This document shows, in pieces, positions 36,923 to 50,341 of a DNA stretch of 64,000 nucleotides. The stretch comes from Epiperipatus broadwayi (taxonomy: Eukaryota > Animalia > Onychophora). Position 1 is the stretch's first letter; each line of letters begins with the position of its first letter. The DNA lies in contig JAQFVV010000008.1 of the NCBI GenBank assembly GCA_028023455.1, positions 16,368,001-16,432,000 on the forward strand, in the 5' to 3' direction. Under the pieces are notes generated by a model, which did no database searches, was not told the origin of the DNA, and saw nothing but the letters and a program-made list of their open reading frames with translations. The position numbers were made by a program, and so were the translations under genes.

Positions 36923-39429
36923 CTGAAAAAAATGCAGAAAGAAAAAATTATATAAATTACAAAGTTATTACATACATGGTGGATTATAATGGGTTTTTTT
37001 GTCTCCATTCAATGTAGATCTGTATGTATTAGATGTGTATGTATCAAGTTAAATTCCCTACTTGGAGGAAAAGAGAATAGAATCTTATAATCAAGCAGTA
37101 ATTCTTTATCACCATGATAGTCCTATATAATTTATTCTAAAATCTCAATTTTAGAGTGACATCATAAACTTTAAATGAAATCTTTATAGGATTAGATGTA
37201 TGTATTGAATGTAATGTATAGAATAATTAAATAGGAATTTTGCTTATTAATGACAACTTATAGGTAATACATTATTCAAATAATTATTGTTGTGTTTTTG
37301 CTTGTTGTTTTTGATATATTCAAGGCCAGATTTAACCCAAGACAACTGTACACTCATTTTATTTTGGAAATAACACACAGAGAAAATTTGAAACTTAACA
37401 ATGAGTTTATTACCCAAAATGTATATTAGTAGCTTGTTAGACTTTCAATTAGCAGCTTGCTGGCTGGATTTCAGTAATTATTTTATGTAAGCATAGTTCT
37501 TTATAGTATTGAATTATAACATTGAACTTCTTATATAATACTTTATTTTACTCTAATAATTCTTCTTTGTTAACTTTTCACCACAATAATTTAATCAGTG
37601 AATTTCACTGCTTATGGATTGCTAGTTTCCCAAACACCTTAATGTTTGCCTTACACTTCACACTGAAATGCTCTCTTTCTCTCTTTAGCTATGTTCTTAT
37701 TGTTTTGCTGACATTTTAAATAGTCCATTTTGTTTTTAGATATAATTTGCATAAAGTTATATTATTATCTCCATGCAAATTAGCAAATCCAGGTTAATTT
37801 TTTAATCTGGAGAACTGCTCTATCATTTTAATTATTTATATAGTGATTTTTAATGTCTTTTATATTGACTACCTTCACATGCACACACATGTAACTTTAA
37901 TTATTTACACAATTTACTCAATACACAGTACTTTTTAAAAGGATTATTCAGCGATTGAAATTTCTATATGGTTAGAGTATAACTAAAGAAAATTAATAAA
38001 GAAAAGTGAAGATTATTGGAATTTGTCAACTAGCAAATTATTTGTCAAGAAGTTTTGGAAATAAGCCTTGAAGAAATAATTAAATTTACTATTATATATG
38101 ATGTGATAAATATCGTGTATATAATAATGATTCAAAATGACTAAATTATCAAGTTAGAACAGCACAGAGAAATCAAAAACAATAACCAAAATTATTTTTC
38201 CAAATTAGTTTATATATATCAAAAATTATAAATGGTGATATTGTTTAATACTGTATGGCAATAATTAAATAGCTGGTTGCTCAGGATATCATGTGACATT
38301 TGAGTACTAAAAGAGATAGGTTCAGAAATCTTTAATTTCTAAATTTTGTCACTCTAACACTATATTCAACTTCAAAAAACAATTTAACTTGAACTCCATA
38401 AATCTCACTTAAGTTTCCATAAACATGTTTCAAAGATCATCTAGATTTTGCAAGCATGCCCTTAAACTTGATGATTAATAATAATGTGCTTCCAAACTAA
38501 AATCTAGCAGATGTGTTTCTTTAATTTAATTAAGTCTTTAAAAAATATATTACATGAAATATAATTATTTTACAACTTACAGGAAAATATTCAGATTTTA
38601 AAAAAACATACCGAAAAAAAATTCTGAATTACATCATAAAGAAAAATTAAAAGAATATGACTATAGCAAAAGCTAATAAAATAATGTAATAACAGGAAGT
38701 TTAATCTGCAGGTAAGTCCACTTAAAAAAATAAATCATACTTGGCTTCATAACTATATTTAGCAGTATATATTATTCATAAACTGCATAATTTTATTATG
38801 CTGTAATGTGAATAAGTTGTAACTGCATTGCAATATGACATTTATGTTACAGAATTCCACATCTTAATGATTACAATTATTTATTCTTAAGTATTCACAT
38901 TTCAAAGAATTAAAACAGTACATTCTAATAAATAATAACATAAATTACATATTGTATGACATTATGCATTTTAGCTAATTGTTGTTAAATATCCTACTCT
39001 AGTTTGCAAATTGTTTGAAAAACTATGTTTGACTATAGTTTTTCTTATTAGTAAAATTTAATACTTGCAAATTTAAAGAATAACATTTAAGTATGAAGAA
39101 ATATAATCACTCTTTTCCTTCTTGTGAGCTTTGGACATGAAAAAAAAATCTAATCCTGTCTGCTAATTGATTTTAGGTTTCTTTTTAAAAATACATATAA
39201 CTGCATGTATGTGAATAATTTTTTCCCCCTCTTTTTCTATTAATTAAAATTGCACCAATCATAGCTTTTGTACAAATTATTTTATTAATTTTATAGTCAG
39301 ATTCACAATTGGAAAATCCTGAAATAATATTCACATATCTGTTAAATGTATAACATGATCATCATTTGAACATCAAAAAAAAAAATACTTGAATAATCAA
39401 GTATTCTCGAGTTAATTTTACTTGTTAAC

Positions 39430-39740
39430 TGTGAAATTCTTAAAATGTTTTCACAGGCAAGACAGTTCAAAAGCATCAATGAAGAAGTTTTGCCATCCTT
39501 CTTCAGCAGATAACTTTCATACTTATATTATCAGACAATATTGTGATTTACTATATCTAAAAATCTTCTGGCATTTCATTACAAATTTACTCAATATTAA
39601 CCTGTGAATAATCTTTTGATTGATAGATCCTTTATTGAAGATAAATCATTTGAGACAAGATAGTCAATAACTTCTATGAAGTCAACTCCTGATTGCCTTC
39701 ATATTTATCCATGCTTTCAAATCATTCTATCTTTTAACAA
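39430..39740 (-). mobile_element. Small RTE RT remnant
   Basis: QSGVDFIEV and ICNEMPEDF resemble the KAxGxD and GEMPxDF motifs. Confidence 0.4.
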
Positions 39741-39931
39741 TCTTAATTAATGTAAAATGTTCTCTACTTTGAACTGATTATCTTAAGCATACTTAAGATT
39801 GACATTTATTTGATTAGTCTTAAATCTACGACTATAAACATTCTGATTTCCTTCATTACATATTCATATTTCCTTATCTAACTCTTTTCCCATGTGAAAT
39901 CAGTTTGTTTAACTATAATCTGTTTTAGTTG

Positions 39932-40594
39932 TGTTGTATACTGGTTACTTTATAAATATTTTATTAAATAAATTTGTATATCTGTATGTGTATGCACAGG
40001 CTAGTCAATATAAATATTTTGACCCATTCTAGAAGTAATATGCTGGGGGAAAAATCAAGAAATAACACACTAATTTGCATTTCAATAAAGTCTAACATTA
40101 TGCAAATAGCTAAAGTTAATAAAATGCTTACAGAACTTCTAATGGAGTTAGAGAAGTAAAAGAAGGAAGCAGATTTATGAAACTCTTAAATGTAAAGTGA
40201 AATCTGATTGTACAGTTGTAGACAAATATTAGCAGTAGAAAAGAGTTTGTTATAATCAAATTTTATTAACTCAAGAGATGTATGTGAGCAATAAGATCCT
40301 TACTTAAATATTTAATATAACTGTTGTAATATGCCAATTAAAAGAAACATAGATATTATGTGATACTGATAATAGTTGTAAAGCTGTTCTGAGATATAAA
40401 CTGTTATGACATTGAGATTGATATTGTTCAACTAGCAAGTTGCCAGTTAATTTACTAATCCTATCTACTAATATTATTATTATTCAAAGTAAATAAACTC
40501 TTGAAATTATTTATTAAATGTATATAATTCATGTTATTAATTTATTTATATAATTGTATGGCTGCCAGATTATATTCTCACTCTGAACATATTA
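39932..40594 (+). repeat. 5' LTR
   Basis: Starts TGTTGTATACTGG; colinear with 44044-44716 throughout. Confidence 0.85.
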
Positions 40595-43500
40595 TGTGAT
40601 GCAGTCAAATAAATTACCAGTAAAATATTACATGCCATAATCAAATGGAGTAACAGTGAAGTATTATGCGCCATAGTCCAAATGGAGGACAATAAAGTAT
40701 TAAGTAGTGCAATCTGTAAAAAAAGCTATTATTATATATTAATGATTAGGATATATGAAAAATATACAGAACAACATAATAATAATAATCTTTGATGTAA
40801 AAAATCCAGGACAGTGGTATATATATAAACCATATAAAGAACCACATGCTTATGAATGAGATTGTTGACAATAAATTGAAAGCCGCTATCCTCATGGATT
40901 TCAAGACAGGACATTGTACAATTGGAAAACAATTTATGTAATCAGAAGTTGCTTGAAAATATCCGTATATAAAACTAAATGCCTACTTTAAGTTGATAAC
41001 ATCGAAATTTGCACCGTTCTGTTTCCGTGCTAGGATGCCATCACAAAATAAAATGAGACATAAATATGATTTATATGCATGTTAGCAAAGGATTGCTAAT
41101 TCAGGAACTATATCGATAAAATGTTATTGCACCCGTTACTGTGGGGAATCAAAGACTTGAAGTTTAGGCAGATACTACTAAGCGAATCTACATTAACTAT
41201 CTCACAAAAGTAAGCTGAGATAGTGCTATTATATTTGACATTTTAGGCAGCTCAATGGCACTGCGTTCGTTACTTTTCTACATGTTTTAAAGCATTGTAT
41301 ATGTTAAATTGTAGTGTGTGACAGGTTGCAATGGATTCTTTCTAAGAAGTTGTCCATTATTAATGTATTATTTTTTAAAAAATTCCAAGAGATATTAGCA
41401 GTATACAGATCTTTGTCTGTGATTGATAGCACATTCTATTGTTCTACCAAAGCTATGAAGGAAGGAGTGATTTGTGACTGGCTGATGCTTTAGATTCATT
41501 TCCCCTAAGGCTAAATATAATGACTGTGATGTAATATTTTTGTAAAAGACATTATTAAACCAAAAACTATGTCATTAGGGGAGTTTCTCTTTGAAAATAT
41601 TTTATTTGTAAAAAGACAGCTCTTAGAAAATATATGAAGCACATTACAAAAACCGAAAATTATCATAGAAATAACCATTAGAGGCTAAAAGGAAAATTAT
41701 TTTTGTAAAAACTCTAAGAGAAATATTTTAATAACAATTAATAATTTATTTTAGAAATTTTTTTGTTTCTTTGATGATAACTAATTCTAAATATATCATT
41801 TTTTTAATAAGATAAAATTCTAATATCTAATATTTCGTTTTTTTTAAATTTTTTGAACAGATGCTGTAAAGCCAATAATGATGTTTTCCTTTGTTGTCAG
41901 TAAGATCTTCAGTTAGATACTTATTTTATCAATTTTAAAATATTAATTTTAGTTCTATAAATGAATGTTGTAATAATATAGGTAAAAAAGATTTAAATGC
42001 ATACAAAAAAAATCAAACACGGTATCATAATAAAACTATTCATCACTAGAGACTATTCAAAAATTTGGGGATCAGGTTGACACTGTATAAGATTGCTATT
42101 AAAGGGGTTATAATGTATGAAGTCATTGTAAAACATGCAAATCTACAAAAAGATGACAAACTTAGATACTCTGGAAATACAGATAAACGTGGCAAAACCA
42201 TGAGTAATACAAAAGAATTTAAAAAAGACATCTCCTACTTGTAATTGTTGCAGAAAAATAGGCCATTTTAAAACAGCATGTAAATTTAAAACAAAAAAAT
42301 GTTTTAGCTGTGGCCTGACACATCATTTATCAAAGCTGTGTAAAAATGAGTGACAAATGACAAAACAGGATTAACCAGTAAAAAATAAATAGAGGGGAGG
42401 AGATCAAAGAAGGCTACTGCCATGAAGAAGTTAATGATATACTTAATATGTTTAATATGTTTAATATGATTAAAATGGAAATAGACAATGGGGTGGGCAT
42501 ATCATTTATATCACTAAAAGATTGAACAATTATTTGGAAAAGAAAACTACTATCATAGCAGTTGATGAAAATAGAAATTCTATAAATATTGAAGGAGTTG
42601 TGATAGTGTCTGTAATAGTGAATAACCATATGTAGTTATGTAGTTACAAGAAAGGTTGGCCTTATATTAGGATGAAATTGATTTAAGCCACTTGAAATAA
42701 ATGTCGGACGTGTTGAAACTGCTAAAGTAAAAATAAATTTCCATTGTTATATAAACTAAAGTCCAAAATAGTTAACAGGAAAACTATAGCAGAGTGAACT
42801 GAAACAAATAGAATACAATGCCAAAAAGAGCTGGATCAACAATGAATGGCTATTTAAATGACCAAACTATTTGACTCAGGCAATTTGGAATAGTCAGGAG
42901 TCTAATGACTTGCATGAATGCATTCTTATGATGGATCTTGTAATAATACTGCCTGAAGAAAGGAAAGGCATTCTATGGTTATTAACCAAGGGATACCCTA
43001 GGATAGCCAGAATGAAAAATCTCGTTCATTTATATGTTTGGTGGCCAGAACAGAATAGATACAAAGCAAACTGTTAGAAAATGTCTGGCTGCCAGAAAAC
43101 AGTTAGTTTATCTGCTAAAAATTCCAAATCTTTGTCTGAAATGAATGGATGGGAAAAGAGTCCATTTAGTCCATCCTAGGCAATGTCATGGATATATTTT
43201 TCTAGTAGCTGTAGATGAATATTCAAAATGGCTAGAAAATAATTTAGTAAAAGATACAAGTACAGACAGTATGATAAAAGTTTTAAACTTTTCTCAATAC
43301 ATGAGTATTTTGAAACCATTGTAATGAATAACAGAATGGGATTTAGCTCAGAGAAATTGAAAGATTTCTTGCTCCTTACAGCACATACTTACACCTGTTT
43401 ATCACAGTCAGTCAAACAGAATTGTCTAGAAGGCAGTTCAACAGCTAAAAACAACATCAAATAAATGGAAATACATTGATATTCATGCTGAGCTTACAAC

Positions 43501-44043
43501 ATTTTAACCCAGCTGTTACAAAGAAACACCTGTGGAATTATTAATGAAATAATATGTGAGAACACATCTATCTTAATACCAAATAAAGTAAAAAAGAAAG
43601 ATTATTTGGAAAACATCAGATTTAAAGGAAACCAAACTGTATGGACAAGAAATGTAATTTTAAAAAATTGGCTATTGGGAATAATAAGTGTAATTGTTTC
43701 TGCACAAATATGTGAAATAAAATTGTAAGATGAGAGAATTTTAAGATGTCATGTTAATCATATGAGAGAATGAAAAAATGGAGCATTAGAGGATATAGTT
43801 ACTACTTTATGTACAGATAAGGGTAATAAGACTGATTTTTCTACTAAGATGGAGTTAGAAGTACCAGATAACTCTTCAGTTCAAAATGAAACAAAATAAT
43901 TAAATGGTGATAATCAGATTGAACAGAATAGAAAAAAAGGAGATATTTACCTCTAATAAGATCTAATTGAGTGAACCTGAAACCAATAAAGCAACAAGAT
44001 TTTGTGATTAAAACTGCTTGTTTCTAGAATGAAAAGAAGGCAT

Positions 44044-44716
44044 TGTTGCATACTGGCTAGTCTGTAAATATTTTACTTAATAAAGTTGTATACATGTGTG
44101 TGTGCATGTGTACAGACTGGTCAGTATAGGCAATGTTGAGCCATTCTAGAACTAATAATAATATATATATAAAGTTAATTAGTCTACTGCAAAAAGCAAT
44201 ATGCTAATTTGCATTTCAATAAAATCTAACAATTAACAAAATGCCTGCAGAACTTCTAATCAAGTCAGGGGAATAAAAGGAAAGCAGACTAGTGAAACTC
44301 TAAGCATAGGGTGAAAACTGATTGTACAGTTGTAGAAAAGTATTAGCAATAGAAAAGAATTCCAGTCATAATCTAATTTGATTAACTCAAGAGATATGTA
44401 TGAGCAGTTAGATGCTTATTTAAGTGATAATTAATATGACTGTTGTAATACGCCAGTTAAAAAAAAAAGATATCATGTGATGCTGTCAATAGTTGTAAAG
44501 CCGTATATAATATTTATCTTTTGAGGTATGAGGAGTTATATTATCAAGATTGATAATGTTCAACTAGCAAATTTCCAGTTAATTTACTAATCCTATTTAC
44601 TAATATTTTTGTTATTCAGAGTAAATAAACTCAAAATTATTTTTTAAACTTATGTTATTAATTTATTTATATAATTGTACAGCTGCCAGATGACAGTCTG
44701 GTCCTGACACATATTG
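44044..44716 (+). repeat. 3' LTR
   Basis: Starts TGTTGCATACTGG after GAATGAAAAGAAGG; clearly diverged from the 5' LTR. Confidence 0.85.
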
Positions 44717-45002
44717 AGTTGTAGCTTCTATTCACATACAGATAACTAAAAAAAAAAACAATGAATGCTTTCTTACATTTTTTTAAAACTTTTCCATAAC
44801 GTAGCATGGTCAACTTACAATTTGTTAAAACCAATAAGCTATGTTTAGATGTTTTGGCAGGCAGTGTCTATCTTTTTAATTATTTAACATACATGATAAT
44901 TAGTGTGTTTGTTTCTCAATTTTTCCTAAACCAGCTTAACATCTAGAAGTTTTTTGTTATAAGATTTTCAGCATAATCTGACTTGTAAATAGTATTAGAT
45001 AA

Positions 45003-45239
45003 GTAAAATTAAGAGCATGCTAATTAGCTCTAAACAAGCTTTTTTTTTTTCATTTATTTATGATAAATGCTACTACAAGAGAAGGCATTCGAATCATTTT
45101 TATCTTGGATTGTCCCCATCCCCAGACTGATTTCTCTTCAGTGAGGAGTTGGAGCATTAGATTCTTGTAGTAGCATTTATCATAAATAAATGAAAAAAAA
45201 AAGCTTGTTTAGAGCTAATTAGCATGCTCTTAATTTTAC
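45003..45239. repeat. Essentially perfect inverted repeat (77-78-bp arms, 82-nt spacer)
   Basis: 45003-45080 versus 45163-45239 differ only by one base of a T/A run. Confidence 0.97.
45118..45153 (-). ncRNA. Family 1-like hammerhead remnant lacking stem II
   Basis: Reverse complement CTCCAA CTCCTCA CTGAAGA GAAA TCA GTC TGGGGAT; stem I strands match family 1. Confidence 0.5.
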
Positions 45240-45956
45240 ATATTTGTAAGTGCAAGCTATATATAATTCATGTGAAATCTGACTTTTTATTATTACTATT
45301 AGATAAGGTACAATAACTTTTATATTCTGTCAGTAATGTTACTTTGTTGCAAAAATATACTGATTTCTTTCAATTTGTAAAGCCATGAGTAGTTTTCAGA
45401 TTAAATGATATAATTTAGTCATTCTTGCCTGCTTATCTGCAAAATTTCAGATGATGCCATAAATTGCAGTCACTTTACCTCATGACAATTATCTCAAGAC
45501 TAATCTTATCTCATCTTCCACTAATGAAAATTCTTCAGTGTTTCTTGGTTAATGTTTTGTGATTATGTTGGACCTTATTAAAAATGCACTCAGTTGTGTC
45601 TAAGTTGCAAAAAAAAAAAAAATCATTTCATGTCACAGACATGAAAAATATTTTACAATCAGTTCTTTTGTGCATTCCTTTCATTTTTGTCTTTGTTACT
45701 ATTTTATAAATTATCTATTGGCATTATTCAAAAACCTATTTGTGGCAAAATTTCCTTTTGATATTCTCAAAATCATTTTCAATATCATTTCAAATATTGT
45801 TATATTATTCCTACACATAATCATCACTACCTATACTTACACAAGCTATTAAAACAGTATCAAACTCGCAATACAGCAGTGACACCCAGTGCAAATCTTA
45901 CTAGTCAATGGATGCAAGAAAGTTTGCACACAAAATTCCTATCTAGTGTCAACTCA

Positions 45957-46012
45957 TCAATATCTCCAGACTAGTTTCTAGTTTATGACTTTCATCAGTG
46001 AGGAGTCTTGGA
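45957..46012 (-). ncRNA. Family 1 hammerhead, core intact, stem II reduced to 3 bp
   Basis: Reverse complement TCCAAGACTCCTCA CTGATGA AAGT CATAA ACTA GAAACTAGTC TGGAGATATTGA. Confidence 0.7.
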
Positions 46013-46343
46013 TCTGAGAATACAGTACCTAGATCTTAGGATCTAATGCAACCCTCCAGCAGCCACTTTTTATCTATTTAGTTAACTACAAAGCTATGAG
46101 CCCATGATGAAAACACAATGTTTTCAATTCAAGCTAATTCACTTGTATAGTCATACAGATCTGAACCCAATTCAATATCTATACATTTTAGCATCTTTGG
46201 TGATTACAAAAGCAAATTAGCTTGGATTGAAAACCTTATTGTGTTTTCATCTTGGATTCATAACTTCATAATCAACTAAATAGATAAAAGGTGGCAGCTG
46301 AAGGGTTGAATTAGACTTGAGATCTAGGTGCAGTGCTCTCAAA

Positions 46344-46400
46344 TCCAAAGTTCCTCACTGATGAAAGGCACAAGCTAGAAACTAGTCTGGGGATATTAGA
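46344..46400 (+). ncRNA. Family 1 hammerhead, core intact, weakened stem II
   Basis: TCCAAAGTTCCTCA CTGATGA AAGGCACAAGCTA GAAACTAGTC TGGGGATATTAGA. Confidence 0.7.
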
Positions 46401-46919
46401 TGAGTAGGCATTAGATAGAGATTTTATGTACAAATCTTGATCCATTGATTAATAAGGCTTGCACTGGGTAGCATTAAAGTATGGAAAGTTTGCTACTGTT
46501 TAATATAACTTATTATTCCTGGCTACTCTTACATTTTCAATCCAATTATATAAAAGTTAAATGTTTTTTTTTTTTCTAGTTGCAATTACTTATTGCACAT
46601 TAAAGGAGTTTGCTATTAACTGAAAGGAGACCCTTTGATTCCTCTTGGGGGCCTTAAAGGAACCAAGCAGGGCAAATTCCTAATGTCCACTCTATACATT
46701 CTTGTCGTTGCAGCTGTTATTACTATGTGATTATTCAAATAGTATACGAACATGGATGGGCTGCTCACCAACACGCATTAGCCAGCGTGTAGTTTATTGG
46801 CTTTTTACCTCCGAGTCAAGAAACATCATGGTCTTTCTTCTCAGTTGCCTAATAAGGCAGAATGAATGTTTGTGTAAATGATAAATATTTTCCCAATATA
46901 TATATACAATTATGACAGA

Positions 46920-49860
46920 CAAAAATAAATCATGACCCTTATTCCCAGGAGGCTGTAAAATCACCAACAAAGGCAGCGGTTGGAGGCCGAAGGCGGAGGG
47001 TGATAAGAATCCCGATTGCGGACCCAGGTTGCCCTTTGAATGTGATTTTTTATTTAGGTGCTTACAACTGAAGATCACTTTCAAGTGAAGGAAGATTGCA
47101 AGAATTAGAAGAAGAACTGTCTTATAATAAATGGGACATTATTGGACTTTGTGAAGTTAGAACAAAAGTTGAAGAGACAATTGATTTAAAAAGTGGACAT
47201 GTACTCTATTATAAAGGCGCAAATATTGGAAATACAAGTGCAGTAGGATTCATTATAAATAAAAAGTGGAAGAACAACATTGTCGAGATTGATGATGTAT
47301 CGGATAGAGTGGCAAGATTAGTTACACAACTTAATAGCAGATACCAAATGCAGATAATTCACGTTTATGCCCCAACAAGTTCTCATAGTGATGAAGTAGT
47401 AGAAGATTTTTATATGGATGTACAAAAGGCTTTTGATCAGAGTAAACAACATTTTAAAATTGTTTTGGGAGACTTTAATGCTAGAATTGGTAAACAAATG
47501 AAAGATGAAAGTGCTGCAGGTAATTTTGGTTATGGTAATAGAAATGAGAGAAGACATAGACTTGTGGAGTTTGCAGAAAAAGAAAAACTTTATATTATGC
47601 ATTCTTTTTTTGAGAAAAATGTTAAAAGGAAATGGACATGGAAGCATCAAATGAAGGTACAGCAGAATTGGATTATATTTTGACTAACAGAAAATACATA
47701 TTTCAAGATTGTAATGTTCTTAATAAATTTAACACAGGAAGTGATCATCGATTAGGAAGATGTAAGATACATGTTAAAGCAAATCTAGAGAGGTAAAAAT
47801 TATTAAGAAAAAACAATATTTACAGTCTATATTCCTAATCTTCAGAAACATTCTAATGAATTTAAATTAGAACTTACAAATCGGTTTCAAGTGTTAGTAG
47901 ATTTTGAACATGATTCAGATTTGAATGAAATTAATATGAAAATAACTGATAACCTTTTAAAAACTGCAACAAAGATAGCTGGTAGAAAAAAGCAGCAATT
48001 GACCAATAAAATTTCTGAGACTAGAGAATTTATAAAGAAAAGAAGGAATATGAAGATATAAAAAAATGATGCACTAAAAAGGATTGAATATCTCGAATTT
48101 TGTAAAATGGTGCAGAAAAGAGTTGAAAATGATATAAGAAAGTATAACTGTGAACTAGCAAGGAAAGCTGTAGAAGAAAATAAAAGTCTCAAGAATGTAA
48201 AACAACATTTTGGTATTGGTAGGAAATTTATATCTGCAATAAGAAAAAAAGATGGAATTATTACTAAAAAGAGAGATGACATCATGAAATGGGTAGAAGA
48301 CTTTTATCAAGAATTATATAGTCATAAAGAACAAGTACCTCCTATATCTATTACATCTTCTGAATTGCTCAGAATTTTAAATGAAGAAGTAAGACATGCA
48401 ATTAAATATATAAAGAAAGGAAAGGCTCCAGGTAATGATGGAATTATAATTGATATATTAAAAGAAGCAGGTGAAGAAACAGAAAAAAATTTATCAAAGT
48501 TATATACCAAATATCTAAATGATAAAGATGTACCAGATGATTGGAAGAATGCAGTATTAATATTAATATTTAAATAAGGTGATAAAGAAGATATTAGAAA
48601 TTACAGATCTATCACCCTTTTATCAGTTTTATATAAAATTTTTAACAAGATAATTACAACTCGTCTACAGAAAACATTGGATTTCCACCAACCAAGAGAG
48701 CAAGCTGGAATTAAAAGTGGTTTTAGTTCAGTAAAATCATATCCAGGTATTGAGAGAAGGTATAGAAAGGACAAATGAATATGAGTTGCCATTATGCATT
48801 GGATTAGTAGATTTTGAAAAGGCATTTGATTCTATAAACATTTCTTCAGTGATTAAAGCATTGGATCATCAAGGTATAGATCCAGGATATTGTCATATTT
48901 TAAAGAATATTTATAAAAATGCAACAGCAACAATTAGATTACATAATGATACTGGGAAAATTAACATTGAGAAGAATGTAAGACAAGGTGACTCCATATC
49001 TCCAAAACTTTTTACAACAGTGCTGCCAGAAGTATTTTGTGGATTAAAATGGGAAACTAAAGGAGTGAAAGTAAATGGAGATTATTTAAGTCATTTAGAT
49101 TTTGCAGATGATGTAGGTCTTTTTGCAAATAATGCTTCAGGGCTGCAGGAAATGTTGCAGGAGTTATCAGGTGAAAGTAGGACTAAATATAAATGTTAAA
49201 AAGACTAAAGTAATGTTTAATCGATTTGCTCAAAATATGAAAATAAAGATTGATTATGATGAATTAGAAGAAGTTAACAGTTACAAATACCTTGGTCAGA
49301 TTATTAATACAGATGGAAACATAATGGATGAAATTAATCATAGAATTAAACTTGGTTCGAGTACTTTTGGTAGAAATAATTTGATACTAAAAGGAAATAT
49401 GCCTATGTGTTTGAAAAGGAAGTTTTTTAACAAATGTGTTTCACCAGTTCTTACTTATGGATCTGAGACGTGGACACTTAATAGAAGAGCAATACAGAGA
49501 CTTCAGACCACTCAAAAAAGTATGGAGAGATGCATGTTGGGAGTAACAAGAAGAGATCGAAAACGCAATGTATGGGTAAGAGAACAAATACATGTTATTG
49601 ACCTCATTGAAAAAATTAAAAATTGAAGTGGAATTGGGCTGGACATATTGCTAGAAGAGATGATAATAGATGGACAATCGAAATCTTAAATTGGATTCCA
49701 AGAGATTGTAAAAGACCAAGAAAAAGACCATGTGAAATGGATGAAATAAGAAAGTGTGCAGGGGTGATGTGGAGAAGAGAAGCTAAATATCGGAGAAGAT
49801 GGATTGAACTTGGAAAGACCTTCATCCTGCAGTGGAATGATAATGGTTGATGATGATGAA
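46920..49860 (+). mobile_element. RTE-clade LINE B copy 2, near full length, frameshifted
   Basis: WDIIGLCEVR, HVYAPTSS, VLGDFNARIG, VDFEKAFDSI, VRQGDSISPKLF, FADD and YGSETWTL; ends in a (GAT)n tail at 49849-49859; 5' boundary uncertain. Confidence 0.93.
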
Positions 49861-50341
49861 CATAATTTTCCTGGCTGTTTCATATTACTGAAAGTTTTGG
49901 TAGATTCATTTTCAATTATTTCTTTTACTTTCATGCATGATTTAACTGTTTTTCAATCAATCCAAAACATAAGAATTATTTTTAATGCCACTTCTGAATG
50001 CAATAAATATGAACTCTAAGATATCAAGAATGTCAAACAATCTTATTTCTTACTTTACTCAATTTTATAAAAATAATTTATGATCTCAAATGATAATGGT
50101 TAATGATGATGAACATAATTTTCCTGGCTGTTTCATACTACTGAAAGTTTTGACAGATTCATTTTCAATTATTTCTTTTACTTTCATGCATGATTTAACT
50201 GTTTTTCAATCAATCCAAAACATAAGAATTATTTTTAATGCCACAATAAATATAAACTCTAACATATCAAAAATGTCAAACAATCTTATTTCTTGCTTTA
50301 CTTCATTTTATAAAAATAATTGATGATCTCATCAAAATTTA
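49836..50341. repeat. 253-bp tandem duplication including the LINE B tail and flanking DNA
   Basis: AATGATAATGGTT(G/A)ATGATGATGAACATAATTTTCC starts at 49836 and at 50089. Confidence 0.93.

Larger units (their letters stand above)
39932..44716 (+). mobile_element. Old Gypsy LTR retrotransposon with both LTRs; gag, protease and integrase present, RT/RNase H absent
   Basis: Two CCHC knuckles CNCCRKIGHFKTAC and CFSCGLTHHLSKLC, protease MEIDNGVGISFI, integrase RMKNLVHLYVWWP, FLVAVDEYSKW and PVYHSQSN; purine tract before the 3' LTR; candidate TSD AGTTG at 39927-39931 and 44717-44721. Confidence 0.88.
45846..46506. repeat. Longer, older member of palindrome family 1 (about 280-bp arms, about 100-bp unpaired centre)
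   Basis: Outer arms align to 5957-6308; inner arms CCCTCCAGCAGCCAC..GCTAATT versus AATTAGC..GTGGCAGCTGAAGGG are also inverted. Confidence 0.92.

Noticed and set aside
46945-47010. Twister ribozyme in the RTE B leader (GGCGGAGGGTGAT)
   Set aside because: The required 5' UAA-CUCC segment and P4 loop are not present.
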